The notes under the pieces were generated by a model that was not told the DNA's origin, made no database searches, and saw only the letters and a list, made by a program, of their open reading frames with translations. Both the position numbers and the translations under genes were made by a program. From Heliobacteriaceae bacterium (lineage in GTDB: Bacteria; Bacillota; Desulfitobacteriia; Heliobacteriales; Heliobacteriaceae): DNA of 64,000 nt. Below are positions 55,146-64,000 of the stretch, piece after piece. The stretch spans positions 68,514 through 132,513 of the forward strand of contig JAQWAU010000001.1 in assembly GCA_028707535.1 (NCBI GenBank), read 5' to 3'. Numbering within the stretch: the first letter of the stretch is position 1; each line of letters begins with the position of its first letter.

Positions 55146-56288
55146 CTATTCGCTTCCAACTGATTTTTTCCGGGGCCCAAAAAACTGGTAATAAGTGCAT
55201 TCCAATCGCCCGTTGTACAGTTTGCGTCTTTTTTCCGCCCGTCGCCCGAAGTTTTTTTCGAATTGCGGATGGGCCGTTAATACATAAAACGACCAAGTCG
55301 GCAACCGGGTAAACACCTGCCCCATTTGCCGGTATAAAGCGGCAACCTCCCGGGCCTGACCCAAACGCTCCCCATAAGGGGGGTTGCAGACCAGCCAACC
55401 GTACTGATACCGGGATTGTAAATCAGCCAAGGCTTGCCGCTGAAAATGAATCTTTTCTCCCACTCCCGCTTGGCCGGCGTGAAAACGAGCAAGCCGCAAA
55501 ACCTCATCACTGATATCGGTACCGATGATCCGTAAATCTTGAGGTCGCACCAGGTCATGCGCTTCTTCCCGGGCCCTTTGCCACAATCCCGGCGGCAAGT
55601 TGGGCCAATGACAAGCCGCAAAATCCCGGTGTAAACCGGGAGCCTGGTTAAGACCGAATAAAGCTGCTTCCACCGGAATCGTCCCCGAGCCGCAAAACGG
55701 GTCGATAAACACCCGGTCCGGCTGCCAACGGCTTAGCAAAACCAAGGCCGCCGCCAAAGTTTCCTTCAAGGGTGCCGGCGCGTTCAAAGGCCGGTACCCC
55801 CTTTTATGCAGACCTACCCCGCTGGTATCAATGGTCAAAGTCGCAACATCCTTTAGGAGGGCGACTTGGATCCGGTAACAGGGCCCATCTTCTCCAAACC
55901 AGGAACGTTTGTATTTCTGTTTCAGGTTTTCCACGACCGCTTTCTTCACGATCGCTTGGCAATCCGGTACACTGAACAACCGGGAACGTACCGACTTGCC
56001 GGTGACCGGAAAGCAAGCATTTTCAGGCAGCCACTCCGCCCAAGGGAGGGCCTTGGTCTGTTCAAACAAACTTTCAAAGGTTAGGGCCGAAAATTTCCCC
56101 ATTTTAACTAACACCCGGTCAGCCGTTCGCAGCCACAAATTAGCCCGGCAGACCGCTGCCGGATCCGCCAGCAAAGTAACCCTGCCGTCTTCAACCGTCA
56201 AGTCCGCATAACCTAATTGCCGCAGTTCCCGGGCCACCACCGCCTCTAACCCAAAAGCGGCGGTGGCGATCAACTCAATATCCGCCAT
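55146..56288 (-). CDS. THUMP-domain class I SAM-dependent RNA methyltransferase (UPF0020 / RlmL-N-like)
   Basis: A THUMP-like N-terminal half, FIDPFCGSGTIPVEAA (SAM motif I) and LVCNPPYGERL (NPPY motif). Confidence 0.85.
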   Translation of the reverse strand: MADIELIATAAFGLEAVVARELRQLGYADLTVEDGRVTLLADPAAVCRANLWLRTADRVLVKMGKFSALTFESLFEQTKALPWAEWLPENACFPVTGKSVRSRLFSVPDCQAIVKKAVVENLKQKYKRSWFGEDGPCYRIQVALLKDVATLTIDTSGVGLHKRGYRPLNAPAPLKETLAAALVLLSRWQPDRVFIDPFCGSGTIPVEAALFGLNQAPGLHRDFAACHWPNLPPGLWQRAREEAHDLVRPQDLRIIGTDISDEVLRLARFHAGQAGVGEKIHFQRQALADLQSRYQYGWLVCNPPYGERLGQAREVAALYRQMGQVFTRLPTWSFYVLTAHPQFEKNFGRRAEKRRKLYNGRLECTYYQFFGPRKKSVGSE

Positions 56289-56313
56289 GCCGGCTCAACA
56301 CCCCATCCCGAAA

Positions 56314-57078
56314 CTATAATTTAACCGGAATACCCTTTCCAGCAAGATATTCTTTCATCTCCCGGATGGAATATTTGCCGAAATGGGCAATCGAGGCAAC
56401 CAAAACAGCGTCCGCATGTCCTTCGGTAATTGCTTGGTAAAGGTGTTCCAAAGTTCCGGCGCCACCGGAGGCAATGACCGGAATGTTGACCGCATCCGCA
56501 ATCGCCCTGGTCATGGCCAGGTCATACCCGGCCTGGGTGCCGTCCGCATCCATGCTGGTCGGCAACAGGCAGCCCACTCCCATCGCTTCAACTCTTTTGG
56601 CCCATTCGACAGCATCAAGCCCGGTCGGTGTTTGACCCCCGGCTACCATCACCTCAAACCCCGACGGGATCCGGGCGGAAGCCCGGGTATCAATCGCAAT
56701 GACAATGCCGGCCCCACCAAACTCTTTCACCGCCTCCGGGACAAAATCAGGACGGTGCACAGCCGCCGTGTTGATAGATACTTTTGTCACCCCGGCCGAC
56801 ATTAAGGCGTCAATGTCTTTAAGGCTGCCAATCCCCCCACCGACCGTAAGCGGCACGGTAAGACCGGCCACCGTCCGCTTTACGGCTGCCAACCGGGTGT
56901 TACGGTTTTCCAGGGTTGCCGTAATATCCAGGAATACAAGTTCATCAGCACCGGCACGGCAGTAAGCCTCCCCAACTAATGCCGGATCCCCGACATCCTG
57001 TAGGTTTTCGAAATTGATTCCCTTCACCAATCTTCCGTCTTTCACATCTAAACAAGGAATAATCCGCCGGTACGTCAT
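56314..57078 (-). CDS. hisF: imidazole glycerol phosphate synthase cyclase subunit HisF (no other his genes in window)
   Basis: [16 protein letters not shown]..., [11 protein letters not shown], and [11 protein letters not shown]...ASGGAG, giving canonical HisF (beta-alpha)8 blocks with both catalytic Asp contexts. Confidence 0.9.
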   Translation of the reverse strand: MTYRRIIPCLDVKDGRLVKGINFENLQDVGDPALVGEAYCRAGADELVFLDITATLENRNTRLAAVKRTVAGLTVPLTVGGGIGSLKDIDALMSAGVTKVSINTAAVHRPDFVPEAVKEFGGAGIVIAIDTRASARIPSGFEVMVAGGQTPTGLDAVEWAKRVEAMGVGCLLPTSMDADGTQAGYDLAMTRAIADAVNIPVIASGGAGTLEHLYQAITEGHADAVLVASIAHFGKYSIREMKEYLAGKGIPVKL

Positions 57079-57107
57079 GAACCAAACTCCCTTCCTTTTC
57101 CCGCTGT

Positions 57108-57647
57108 TTACTTAACGATTTGAATTATTTCCTTGAACTGCGGGCCTTCCGCCACTTTCACCAGTTCGAACAAGGCCATTTCCACACTGGTCGGGACCGC
57201 CCCCGCCCTGTGCATCCGCTCAATACCGAGCCGCCTGTTCTCCGGGGTCCGCGACGATACGGCATCAGTTACCAGCTCCACATCATAACCTAAAGCCAAA
57301 AGATCCCGGACTGTTTGATAGACACAGACATGGGCTTCGATCCCGGCAACCAGTATTTGCCGCCGTCCAAGCGGTTGCAGCCGGGCTAGAAATTCCTTTT
57401 GACCGCAACAACTAAAACTGTACTTAGCAATGGGCTGATTATCCGCCAACAACCCGGCCACCTCGGGAATCGTTGGACCTAACCCGGCCGGGTTTTGCTC
57501 CACCCACAATACCGGGATCCCCAAAACCCGGGTGCCCCGGATAATCCTTTGAAGGTTGTCAAATAGAATCTGCTTGTTGTCCATCGTCTGGGCCAACCGG
57601 CCCTGGACATCGATAATCAGTAAAACCGTGTTCTCCTTGGCTAACAA
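57108..57647 (-). CDS. isochorismatase-family cysteine hydrolase
   Basis: LLIIDVQ..., and GIEAHVCVYQT containing the catalytic Cys context; 179 aa. Confidence 0.8.
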   Translation of the reverse strand: MLAKENTVLLIIDVQGRLAQTMDNKQILFDNLQRIIRGTRVLGIPVLWVEQNPAGLGPTIPEVAGLLADNQPIAKYSFSCCGQKEFLARLQPLGRRQILVAGIEAHVCVYQTVRDLLALGYDVELVTDAVSSRTPENRRLGIERMHRAGAVPTSVEMALFELVKVAEGPQFKEIIQIVK

Positions 57648-57759
57648 CTGGCGCTCACCTTTCTCTCCTATTTCCTACAGCCTTTACCCCCAGGAATAAA
57701 TCCGGTAAAATGAAACCACCAAATCCTTCAGCCAAAATTTTTTTAGGAATGGTAAAACC

Positions 57760-58359
57760 ATGAACAAATTGTCGGCACCCATTACCAGCCACCAAATCGA
57801 TAAAACTGTTTATGCCCTTGGGGATTCCCTCACTTGGGGTTTTCCTTTCGGCCCGGATGCTTCGTGGTTGGCGATTGTAAAAAATCAATTGGAAATCCGG
57901 GCCGTCAATCACGGCCTCAATGGTGATACCACCCACGGGATGAATAACCGGTTAGAGAAAATAATAAAACAAGTCTCCCCAGGGGCCATTGTAATTATCA
58001 CCGGCGGGGCCAATGACGCAATTGCCTGGGTCGCCCCGGACAGCGTTTTGGCCAATTACCGGCAAATGATTACCCGGGTAGCAGTTGCCCGATGCCTGCC
58101 GGTAGTTGGCTTGACTTGCCCGATTAGTGAAGAGCCCTTTTTATCCCGGTTACTGGAATACCGGCAGTTGCTGCAAGCTTTTACCCAAAAAGAAAAACTG
58201 CCGACAATTGATTTCTTCCCGGCTTTGGCTGGCTCAGATGGGTGCAGCCTGAACCCACGCTTTGCTGTCGATGACTGGCACCCCAATGAAGCAGGATACC
58301 GGCAAATGGCCCGGGTAGCCCTCCCGGTACTGCGTAGATTTATTATACCAAAGAGTTAA
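57760..58359 (+). CDS. SGNH/GDSL-family hydrolase
   Basis: Block I ALGDSLTWG, block III GGAND, and block V DDWHPN. Confidence 0.8.
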   Translation: MNKLSAPITSHQIDKTVYALGDSLTWGFPFGPDASWLAIVKNQLEIRAVNHGLNGDTTHGMNNRLEKIIKQVSPGAIVIITGGANDAIAWVAPDSVLANYRQMITRVAVARCLPVVGLTCPISEEPFLSRLLEYRQLLQAFTQKEKLPTIDFFPALAGSDGCSLNPRFAVDDWHPNEAGYRQMARVALPVLRRFIIPKS

Positions 58360-58383
58360 TAAACAAAAAAATAGGAGAGTGCC

Positions 58384-59778
58384 ATGAACCAAGCTGTTCC
58401 GCAAACCTCGACCGCAAAAATTCCGGTCTTAATCGTAGTAACCGCCGCGTCTTTTCTCACTCCGTTCATGGGCAGTGCCGTTAACCTGGCAATTCCCGCT
58501 ATCGGCCAGGAGTTTAACGGCAATGCCTTATTGCTCAGTTGGGTGGTAACCAGTTATATTTTGGCTTCAGCCGCCTTACTGTTACCCCTGGGCCGGTTGG
58601 CCGATATTGTCGGCCGGAAAAAGATTTTCATTTGGGGTGTCGCCCTGTTCACCCTTGCCGCCTTGTTTTGCGGCTTTGCGTGGTCCATCGCCGCCCTGAT
58701 CACCTTCCGGGTGGTGCAGGGAATCGGCAGTGCCATGATCTTCAGCACCGCCATGGCCATCTTGACCTCCGCCTTCCCCCCCCAGGAAAGAGGTAAGGTG
58801 CTGGGCATTAATGTGGCCACAGTGTATACCGGGTTATCTTTAGGTCCGGTCCTGGGTGGTTTTTTGAATCACCACCTTGGCTGGGCGTCAATTTTTTTCT
58901 TTAATGTACCGATTGGGATCGCTATTCTTTTGTTCGCCACCCTAAAATTAAAAGAAGAATGGGCTGGGGCCCAGGGTGAAAAATTTGATTTCCCCGGTGC
59001 CGGGCTTTACATCATTGGTTTACTGGCATTTATGTACGGCATGTCCTCTATCGCCACCCAACAAATAGCCGGCTATCTGTTGGTCCTTGGTGTAATCTTG
59101 CTGGCCTTGTTCATCCGGCACGAGCAGCAAGTTTCGCAACCAATTCTGCAGGTCAGCCTTTTCAGCCAAAATATTACTTTTGTTTTCTCCAACCTGGCGG
59201 CCTTAATTAACTACAGTGCCACCTTTGCCGTCGGGTTTCTCCTATCATTGCATTTGCAAGTGGTGATGGGTTATGATTCCCAGATTGCCGGCCTGATCCT
59301 GCTTTCCCAACCGGTAGTCATGGCCGCCTTATCTCCCTTTGCCGGCCGTCTTTCCGATCGGGTAGAACCACGGCTGGTGGCCTCGTGGGGTATGGGCCTG
59401 ACCACATTAGGCTTACTGTTGTTCGCCTTTTTAAGCAAAGCAACTCCCCTTTGGCTCATTATCGCCAACCTGATGCTTTTAGGCACCGGGTTTGCTTTAT
59501 TCTCCTCACCGAACAGCAATGCGGTGATGAGCTCGGTGGAAAAAAAATATTATGGTGTTGCGTCCTCGACCTTAGGCACCATGCGTTTGACCGGTCAAGC
59601 CGCCAGCATGGCCGTCGTCACCTTGATTATTGCCCTTTATGCCGGTAACGTCGCCCTTACTCCCGAAGCGGCAGATATGCTCATAAAAAGCGCCAAAACA
59701 GCCTTCACCGTGGGTGGCCTAACCTGTTTTGCCGGCATTTTCGCCTCCTTGGCCCGGGGAAACGTCAAAAGGCCATAG
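58384..59778 (+). CDS. MFS transporter, 14-TM DHA2/EmrB-like drug:H+ antiporter family
   Basis: The motif A-like LGRLADIVGRKK, the motif C-like region, and about 14 hydrophobic helices; 464 aa. Confidence 0.85.
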   Translation: MNQAVPQTSTAKIPVLIVVTAASFLTPFMGSAVNLAIPAIGQEFNGNALLLSWVVTSYILASAALLLPLGRLADIVGRKKIFIWGVALFTLAALFCGFAWSIAALITFRVVQGIGSAMIFSTAMAILTSAFPPQERGKVLGINVATVYTGLSLGPVLGGFLNHHLGWASIFFFNVPIGIAILLFATLKLKEEWAGAQGEKFDFPGAGLYIIGLLAFMYGMSSIATQQIAGYLLVLGVILLALFIRHEQQVSQPILQVSLFSQNITFVFSNLAALINYSATFAVGFLLSLHLQVVMGYDSQIAGLILLSQPVVMAALSPFAGRLSDRVEPRLVASWGMGLTTLGLLLFAFLSKATPLWLIIANLMLLGTGFALFSSPNSNAVMSSVEKKYYGVASSTLGTMRLTGQAASMAVVTLIIALYAGNVALTPEAADMLIKSAKTAFTVGGLTCFAGIFASLARGNVKRP

Positions 59779-60309
59779 TTAACCCGTTACCTCCCAGGCC
59801 AAAAGCTTTTCTTTTAATTGACTGGCCGGTTTTCCCGCAAACCCGCCCGGGCCATCCTTGGCAACCACCCGGTGACAAGGGATCAGCAAGGCAAAAGGAT
59901 TTGCCTTTAAGGCCCCACCCACCGCCCGGGCCGCCCGGGGATTACCAACTTGGCGGGCAACTGCACCGTAAGTACGGACCTGTCCCGGCGGTATCTTCCC
60001 AACAACGGACAAGACCTCCCGGTAAAATGGCGGGAAACCGGTCCAATTCAAGGGGATTGCCGGCTGTTCCCACCACCCGCCTTCCAGGTAAGCCTGCAGC
60101 CAAGCGTGTAATGCTTCCCCCAAGGCCACCCTGTCCACCGGGGTACAAGTTCTTGTCTCCCAAACCGGCTTCCGGGCACCGGCCGCCACCTCCAACGCTA
60201 ATTTTTCATTCGGTTGGGGCAAAGTCACTACCCAAAGCCCACCGGGGGACCAACGCCAGGCACAAACCCCCCAAGAACAACGGACTGTGTAGATATCGTG
60301 ATCCGGCAT
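59779..60309 (-). CDS. ogt: methylated-DNA--protein-cysteine methyltransferase (Ogt/MGMT family)
   Basis: The active-site block IPCHRVV, preceded by ...TYGAVARQVGNPRAARAVGGA. Confidence 0.8.
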   Translation of the reverse strand: MPDHDIYTVRCSWGVCAWRWSPGGLWVVTLPQPNEKLALEVAAGARKPVWETRTCTPVDRVALGEALHAWLQAYLEGGWWEQPAIPLNWTGFPPFYREVLSVVGKIPPGQVRTYGAVARQVGNPRAARAVGGALKANPFALLIPCHRVVAKDGPGGFAGKPASQLKEKLLAWEVTG

Positions 60310-60335
60310 ATTGTTTAAACCTCCGTTTTAAGGGA

Positions 60336-60372
60336 ACCAGGGCCTGCGGCTAACCGCAGGCCCTGGTTTTTA
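60336..60372. terminator. strong 14-bp GC-rich hairpin between leuS and ogt; the T-tract is on the plus strand only
   Basis: accagggcctgcgg-ctaa-ccgcaggccctggt is followed on the plus strand by ttttt. On the minus strand an A-tract precedes the hairpin and tccctt follows it. Confidence 0.65.
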
Positions 60373-62880
60373 CTTCACCACAATATTGACCAGTTTATTG
60401 GGCACACCAATCACCTTTACCACCTGTTTCCCCTTAATTAATTCGCACACCCGGGCACTCGCCAAGGCTTGGGTTTGCAGATCACTGACCGGCAGCCCAT
60501 TGGCTAAATGCAACTTTTCCCGCACCTTGCCGTTGATTTGCACAACAATCTCCACCTGTTCCTGGACCAGAGCAGCTTCCGTGTAGCCGGGCCAAGCCTG
60601 CCGGTAGACCGCACCGGTTCCCCCGAGCACCTGCCACAATTCGGTACACATATGGGGCGCAAAGGGGGAAAGAATCAGCACCAATTTGGCCAGGGCATCC
60701 TTAACCAAAGGCAGATTTTGCCGGGATGCCGGTACCCGGTCTTTATAAGCGTACATGAAATTGACCAGTTCCATGATCGCCGATACTGCCGTATTAAAAT
60801 TGAACCGTTGGTCAATGTCCTCGGTAACCTTCTTTACCGTATAATTTGCAATCCGGACCAATTCCCGGTCATCAGAATTGAGCCGGCTTAAATCTTCCGG
60901 CTCTGCCGACAAAGTTGATACCGGGGCTAGTAACTGGTGATAAGCGTGAACCAATCGCCATACCCGGTGCAGGAAACGGTGAGCTCCCTCTACTCCCCGG
61001 TCACTCCATTCGAGGTCCCGCTCCGGGGGTGCGGCAAACAGAATGAACAGCCGCGCGGTGTCTGCCCCGTATTTGGCGATGATTTCTTCAGGACTGACGG
61101 TGTTGCCCTTAGATTTGGACATCTTAAACCCGTGCATTAAGACCATACCCTGGGTAAGCAGATTTTGAAACGGTTCCTTCACCCCGGCGAGCTTTAAGTC
61201 ATACAACACCTTTGTAAAAAAGCGGGCATACATCAAGTGTAAAATGGCGTGCTCAACCCCGCCGATATACTGATCGACATTCATCCAGTAGTCTACCGCT
61301 TCCCGGCGGAAGGCCTGGTCACCCGCTTGCGCCGAACAAAACCGCAAAAAGTACCAGCTGGAACAAACAAAGGTATCCATAGTATCGGTTTCCCGCCGGG
61401 CCGGGCCGCCACAAACCGGACAAGAACACTGAACATACTCCGGCAAGGTGGTCAACGGTGATTCACCGGTTGCCCTGAACTCCACATCGGTAGGCAACAC
61501 GACCGGCAAATCCTTTTCCGGTACCGGCACTTCCCCGCACACCGGACAGTAAATTATCGGGATTGGTGCTCCCCAGTAACGTTGCCGCGAAATTAACCAA
61601 TCACGCAGCCGGTAGTTGACCTGCCGTTTTCCTTTGGCATCGGCAACCAACCGGTCGGCAATTGCCCCCAAAGCACCCGTATTGGTAATTCCGTTGAAAC
61701 CCCCGGAATTTACCAACCGGCCTTCTCCTTCATAGGCATGGTCCATGTCATCCACCGCCAAATCAGGAACCCCTTCCGGCTGAATAACCACCTTTACCGG
61801 CAAGTTATATTTCATGGCGAACTCAAAGTCACGTTGGTCATGAGCCGGCACCCCCATTACAGCACCCGTGCCGTATTCAACCAACACGTAATTTGCCAGC
61901 CAAATAGGTACCTTTTCCCCGGTCAGGGGGTTCAAACAGTAATGCCCGGTAAAGATCCCTTCTTTTTCCGTTTCGGTGGAAGTACGGTCAATCTCGCTCT
62001 GCCGCAAAACTTTTTTGATAAAAGCCTGAATCGTGGCTCCCGCGGGATTACCGGCCAGCAACTCCGGGACTAACGGATGTTCCGGGGCCAAGACCAGGTA
62101 AGAAACACCAAATACGGTATCCTGGCGGGTCGTATAGACCGTAATCCGGTCCCATTCCCCGTATTGCCGGGGCAGGGGAAAATCCATTTCCACCCCTTCG
62201 GAACGACCGATCCAGTTCTCTTGCATGGTTTTTACCTTCGCCGGCCAACCGGGCAGCTCCCGGAGATCGTCCAGCAACTGTTCGGCGTAAGCGGTAATCC
62301 GGAAAAACCACTGGGCCAAGGCCTTTTTCTCCACTGTTGCACTACAGCGCTCACACGCCCCGTCTACAACTTGTTCATTAGCCAACACCGTAGCACAAGA
62401 AGGACACCAGTTCACATTTGCCTTTTTCTTATAAGCCAAACCCGCCTTATATAACTGCAGAAATAGCCACTGGGTCCACTGGTAATAATCCGGAGAACTA
62501 GTCGTCAACTCCCTTTGCCAATCATAAGAAAGCCCCATTCCCTTCAACTGCTGCCGCATATTGGCAATATTCTCCGTCGTCCACCGCACCGGTGGCACCT
62601 TATGCTTAATCGCCGCGTTTTCCGCCGGTAACCCAAAAGAATCCCACCCCATTGGATGGAGGACATTATAACCACGCATGGTTTTAAACCGGGCGATCAC
62701 ATCACCAATGGAATAATTGCGCACATGCCCCATATGCAGGTTACCTGACGGGTAGGGAAACATCTCCAGACAGTAATACTTCGGTTTCCCGGGGTCTTCC
62801 GTTACCTGGTACAGGCCGGTTTCCTCCCAAACCTGTTGCCATTTCGCCTCAACCTTTTGAAAATCATACTTTTCTTGCAT
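60370..62880 (-). CDS. leuS: leucine--tRNA ligase
   Basis: [20 protein letters not shown]..., the HIGH-type motif ([14 protein letters not shown]), KMSKS, and the CP1 editing domain. Confidence 0.97.
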   Translation of the reverse strand: MQEKYDFQKVEAKWQQVWEETGLYQVTEDPGKPKYYCLEMFPYPSGNLHMGHVRNYSIGDVIARFKTMRGYNVLHPMGWDSFGLPAENAAIKHKVPPVRWTTENIANMRQQLKGMGLSYDWQRELTTSSPDYYQWTQWLFLQLYKAGLAYKKKANVNWCPSCATVLANEQVVDGACERCSATVEKKALAQWFFRITAYAEQLLDDLRELPGWPAKVKTMQENWIGRSEGVEMDFPLPRQYGEWDRITVYTTRQDTVFGVSYLVLAPEHPLVPELLAGNPAGATIQAFIKKVLRQSEIDRTSTETEKEGIFTGHYCLNPLTGEKVPIWLANYVLVEYGTGAVMGVPAHDQRDFEFAMKYNLPVKVVIQPEGVPDLAVDDMDHAYEGEGRLVNSGGFNGITNTGALGAIADRLVADAKGKRQVNYRLRDWLISRQRYWGAPIPIIYCPVCGEVPVPEKDLPVVLPTDVEFRATGESPLTTLPEYVQCSCPVCGGPARRETDTMDTFVCSSWYFLRFCSAQAGDQAFRREAVDYWMNVDQYIGGVEHAILHLMYARFFTKVLYDLKLAGVKEPFQNLLTQGMVLMHGFKMSKSKGNTVSPEEIIAKYGADTARLFILFAAPPERDLEWSDRGVEGAHRFLHRVWRLVHAYHQLLAPVSTLSAEPEDLSRLNSDDRELVRIANYTVKKVTEDIDQRFNFNTAVSAIMELVNFMYAYKDRVPASRQNLPLVKDALAKLVLILSPFAPHMCTELWQVLGGTGAVYRQAWPGYTEAALVQEQVEIVVQINGKVREKLHLANGLPVSDLQTQALASARVCELIKGKQVVKVIGVPNKLVNIVVK

Positions 62881-62899
62881 CACCAATGATTCCTCCTAC

Positions 62900-63148
62900 A
62901 AAAAGTAAAACCTTTTCGCCCCATGGGACGAAAAGGTTATTTCCGCGATACCACCCAATTTGCCGCCCAGCAGGGCGACCACTCGTCACAGGGATAACGG
63001 ACCTACCGGCAATGACGCCACCATTGCAACTCCCGGGCGAGTTCGGCCGTTTCCCTCCTGCCTCACACCAACCGGCAGGTCTCTGGAGATAAGGATGACG
63101 GTCTACTACTCCCGTTCTTCGCCGATTTCTATTATTCGCCAATCATAT
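62900..63148 (-). promoter_or_regulatory. T-box leader (tRNA-Leu responsive) controlling leuS
   Basis: The minus strand carries the T-box sequence aaattGGGTGGtAtCGCGgaa (plus-strand 62941-62961). A terminator aaccttttcgtcccatggggcgaaaaggtt plus ttactttttg follows. Stem I elements ccagagac...ttggtgtgag are present, with a candidate CUC specifier in cgaaCTCgcc. Confidence 0.8.
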
Positions 63149-63153
63149 CTAAC

Positions 63154-63181
63154 ATTATATTGATTCCCCGAAAAAATGCAA
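63154..63181 (-). promoter_or_regulatory. sigmaA-type promoter for the leuS leader
   Basis: Minus strand reads TTGCAT, 16 nt, TATAAT. Confidence 0.55.
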
Positions 63182-63203
63182 TTCCCCGGCGAAGCTTCTC
63201 ATT

Positions 63204-63836
63204 TTACTGATCATTTTTCGCGCTGCGGCGCCCAAACTTGTGCCATAGCCACCACAAGGCCGCCCCACCAATCACGGCCAAAATTACCACGTCCAGGTCA
63301 TGACCATACCGGCGAATAGACTGCCAATTCTCACCCAGCACGTAACCGATATAAGCCAACAGCAAACACCAAGGAAAAGAACCGGCCAGTGTGTATAAGG
63401 TAAATTTTTTGACGTCCATCCGGGCAATTCCCGCCGGCAGGGAAATAAACGTCCGGATCACCGGCAACATCCGGCTAATAAAAATTGCCGCTTCCCCCCT
63501 CCGGTCAAACCATTTTTGCGCGGTGGCAAATTCCCGGGGCGAAACGAGCCAGCCAAAATATTTTAGAACAAATTCTTCCCCCAAATAACGGCCCACCCCA
63601 TAAGCAACCAAAGAGCCGATTACATTACCAATTGTTCCCGCTAAGGCAACCCCCATTAAGGTCAAGGTTCCCCGGGAAGCCATAAAACCACCCAACGGCA
63701 TAATAATTTCGGATGGTAACGGGATACAGGCACTTTCGATCGCCATCCCCAGCACAATGCCCGGATAACCGAAAGAATTCAGGCAGGTAACAATCCCGGT
63801 TAAAAAGGTTTCAATCCACTTGATTAATTCACCCAA
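63204..63836 (-). CDS. DedA-family (VTT/SNARE-associated) membrane protein
   Basis: ...YPGIVLGMAIESACIPLPSEIIMPLGG... and ...RMLPVIRTFISLPAGIARM... are the hallmark DedA blocks. Confidence 0.85.
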   Translation of the reverse strand: MGELIKWIETFLTGIVTCLNSFGYPGIVLGMAIESACIPLPSEIIMPLGGFMASRGTLTLMGVALAGTIGNVIGSLVAYGVGRYLGEEFVLKYFGWLVSPREFATAQKWFDRRGEAAIFISRMLPVIRTFISLPAGIARMDVKKFTLYTLAGSFPWCLLLAYIGYVLGENWQSIRRYGHDLDVVILAVIGGAALWWLWHKFGRRSAKNDQ

Positions 63837-64000
63837 TGATTTCTCTCCTTACTCAGCTAAGACATTACCATATTAGCACAAATTTAGCCGGAAAGGCTAG
63901 GTACCATCGGCCTTGCTTACCCCATTTGCCTTGCTACCAGAAAATACCGTTCCGCCTGTGGTCCTGGTGGTTCCCATTTTAAGTCGGCGAACAAGCCGAG

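Noticed and set aside
60336-60372. Interpreting the GC hairpin simply as the leuS terminator
   Set aside because: This is not fully rejected. On the minus strand there is no U-tract after the stem, while the plus strand has TTTTT. The feature is therefore recorded as orientation-ambiguous and discussed under the MFS/ogt finding.
62864-63163. ORFs of 92 aa (-), 68 aa (+) and 67 aa (+) upstream of leuS
   Set aside because: They overlap the leucine T-box leader and its terminator, and no coding signal is present.
63917-64000. Minus-strand open frame ending ...LGLFADLKWEPPGPQAERYFLVARQMG* at the right edge
   Set aside because: Only 27 codons are visible and no motif is recognisable, which is insufficient evidence to call a gene.
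1-64000. CRISPR arrays, IS elements, transposases, integrases, prophage genes, group I/II introns
   Set aside because: No regularly spaced direct repeats, transposase or integrase motifs (DDE, tyrosine recombinase RHRY context) or phage structural genes were seen in any frame. The only tandem DNA repeat noticed (21-nt duplication at 54914-54949) is explained by the heptad protein.

Overview
This 64-kb window is a chromosomal segment of a spore-forming Wood-Ljungdahl Firmicute (Clostridia, Peptococcaceae- or Thermoanaerobacterales-like). All identifications come from reading the translations and sequence motifs by eye; no database search was run. About 90% of the genes lie on the minus strand.

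Gene order, from high to low coordinates:
- T-box-leuS, ogt, isochorismatase-hisF-THUMP methylase, comEA
- comEC and a CotS-like kinase, both inverted onto the plus strand
- holA, rpsT (+), spoIIP, murJ, lepA, hemW
- hrcA, archaeal-type chaperonin, grpE, dnaK, a J-domain fragment, dnaJ
- prmA, rsmE, mtaB, hit, rpsU, yqfC, yqfD, phoH, pgpH, ybeY, cdd, era, deoC, recO
- T-box-glyQS, ccpN, PPDK regulatory protein, ppdK, cheR
- a small AT-richer patch around tRNA-Thr (roughly 7.7-12.5 kb)
- tRNA-Leu, degV, and finally cooC-acsC at the edge of the acs (acetyl-CoA synthase) cluster

This order closely follows the Bacillus yqe/yqf region.

Features recovered by hand that the ORF track missed:
- rpsU
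- the partial acsC
- two tandem 33-codon hydrophobic peptide genes
- two tRNAs
- two T-box leaders
- a perfect CIRCE operator with its promoter
- several intrinsic terminators

Most notable observations:
1. A thermosome/CCT-type chaperonin sits inside the CIRCE/HrcA heat-shock operon. This class has been reported before but is rare. Here it is accompanied by a 20-bp perfect hairpin after hrcA and an HPD-containing J-domain fragment between dnaK and dnaJ.
2. A 734-aa FtsA-like actin-fold ATPase carries about 330 aa of tandem 'NG...NG...GDxI' repeats and lies directly behind an orphan hicA toxin gene.
3. Two tandem tiny transmembrane peptide genes were found.
4. The PPDK-regulator gene and phoH both have conserved N-termini that lie upstream of any canonical start codon.
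5. Two convergent gene pairs (comEC/comEA and MFS/ogt) have abutting or overlapping stop codons.

No CRISPR array, transposase, integrase or prophage was seen.
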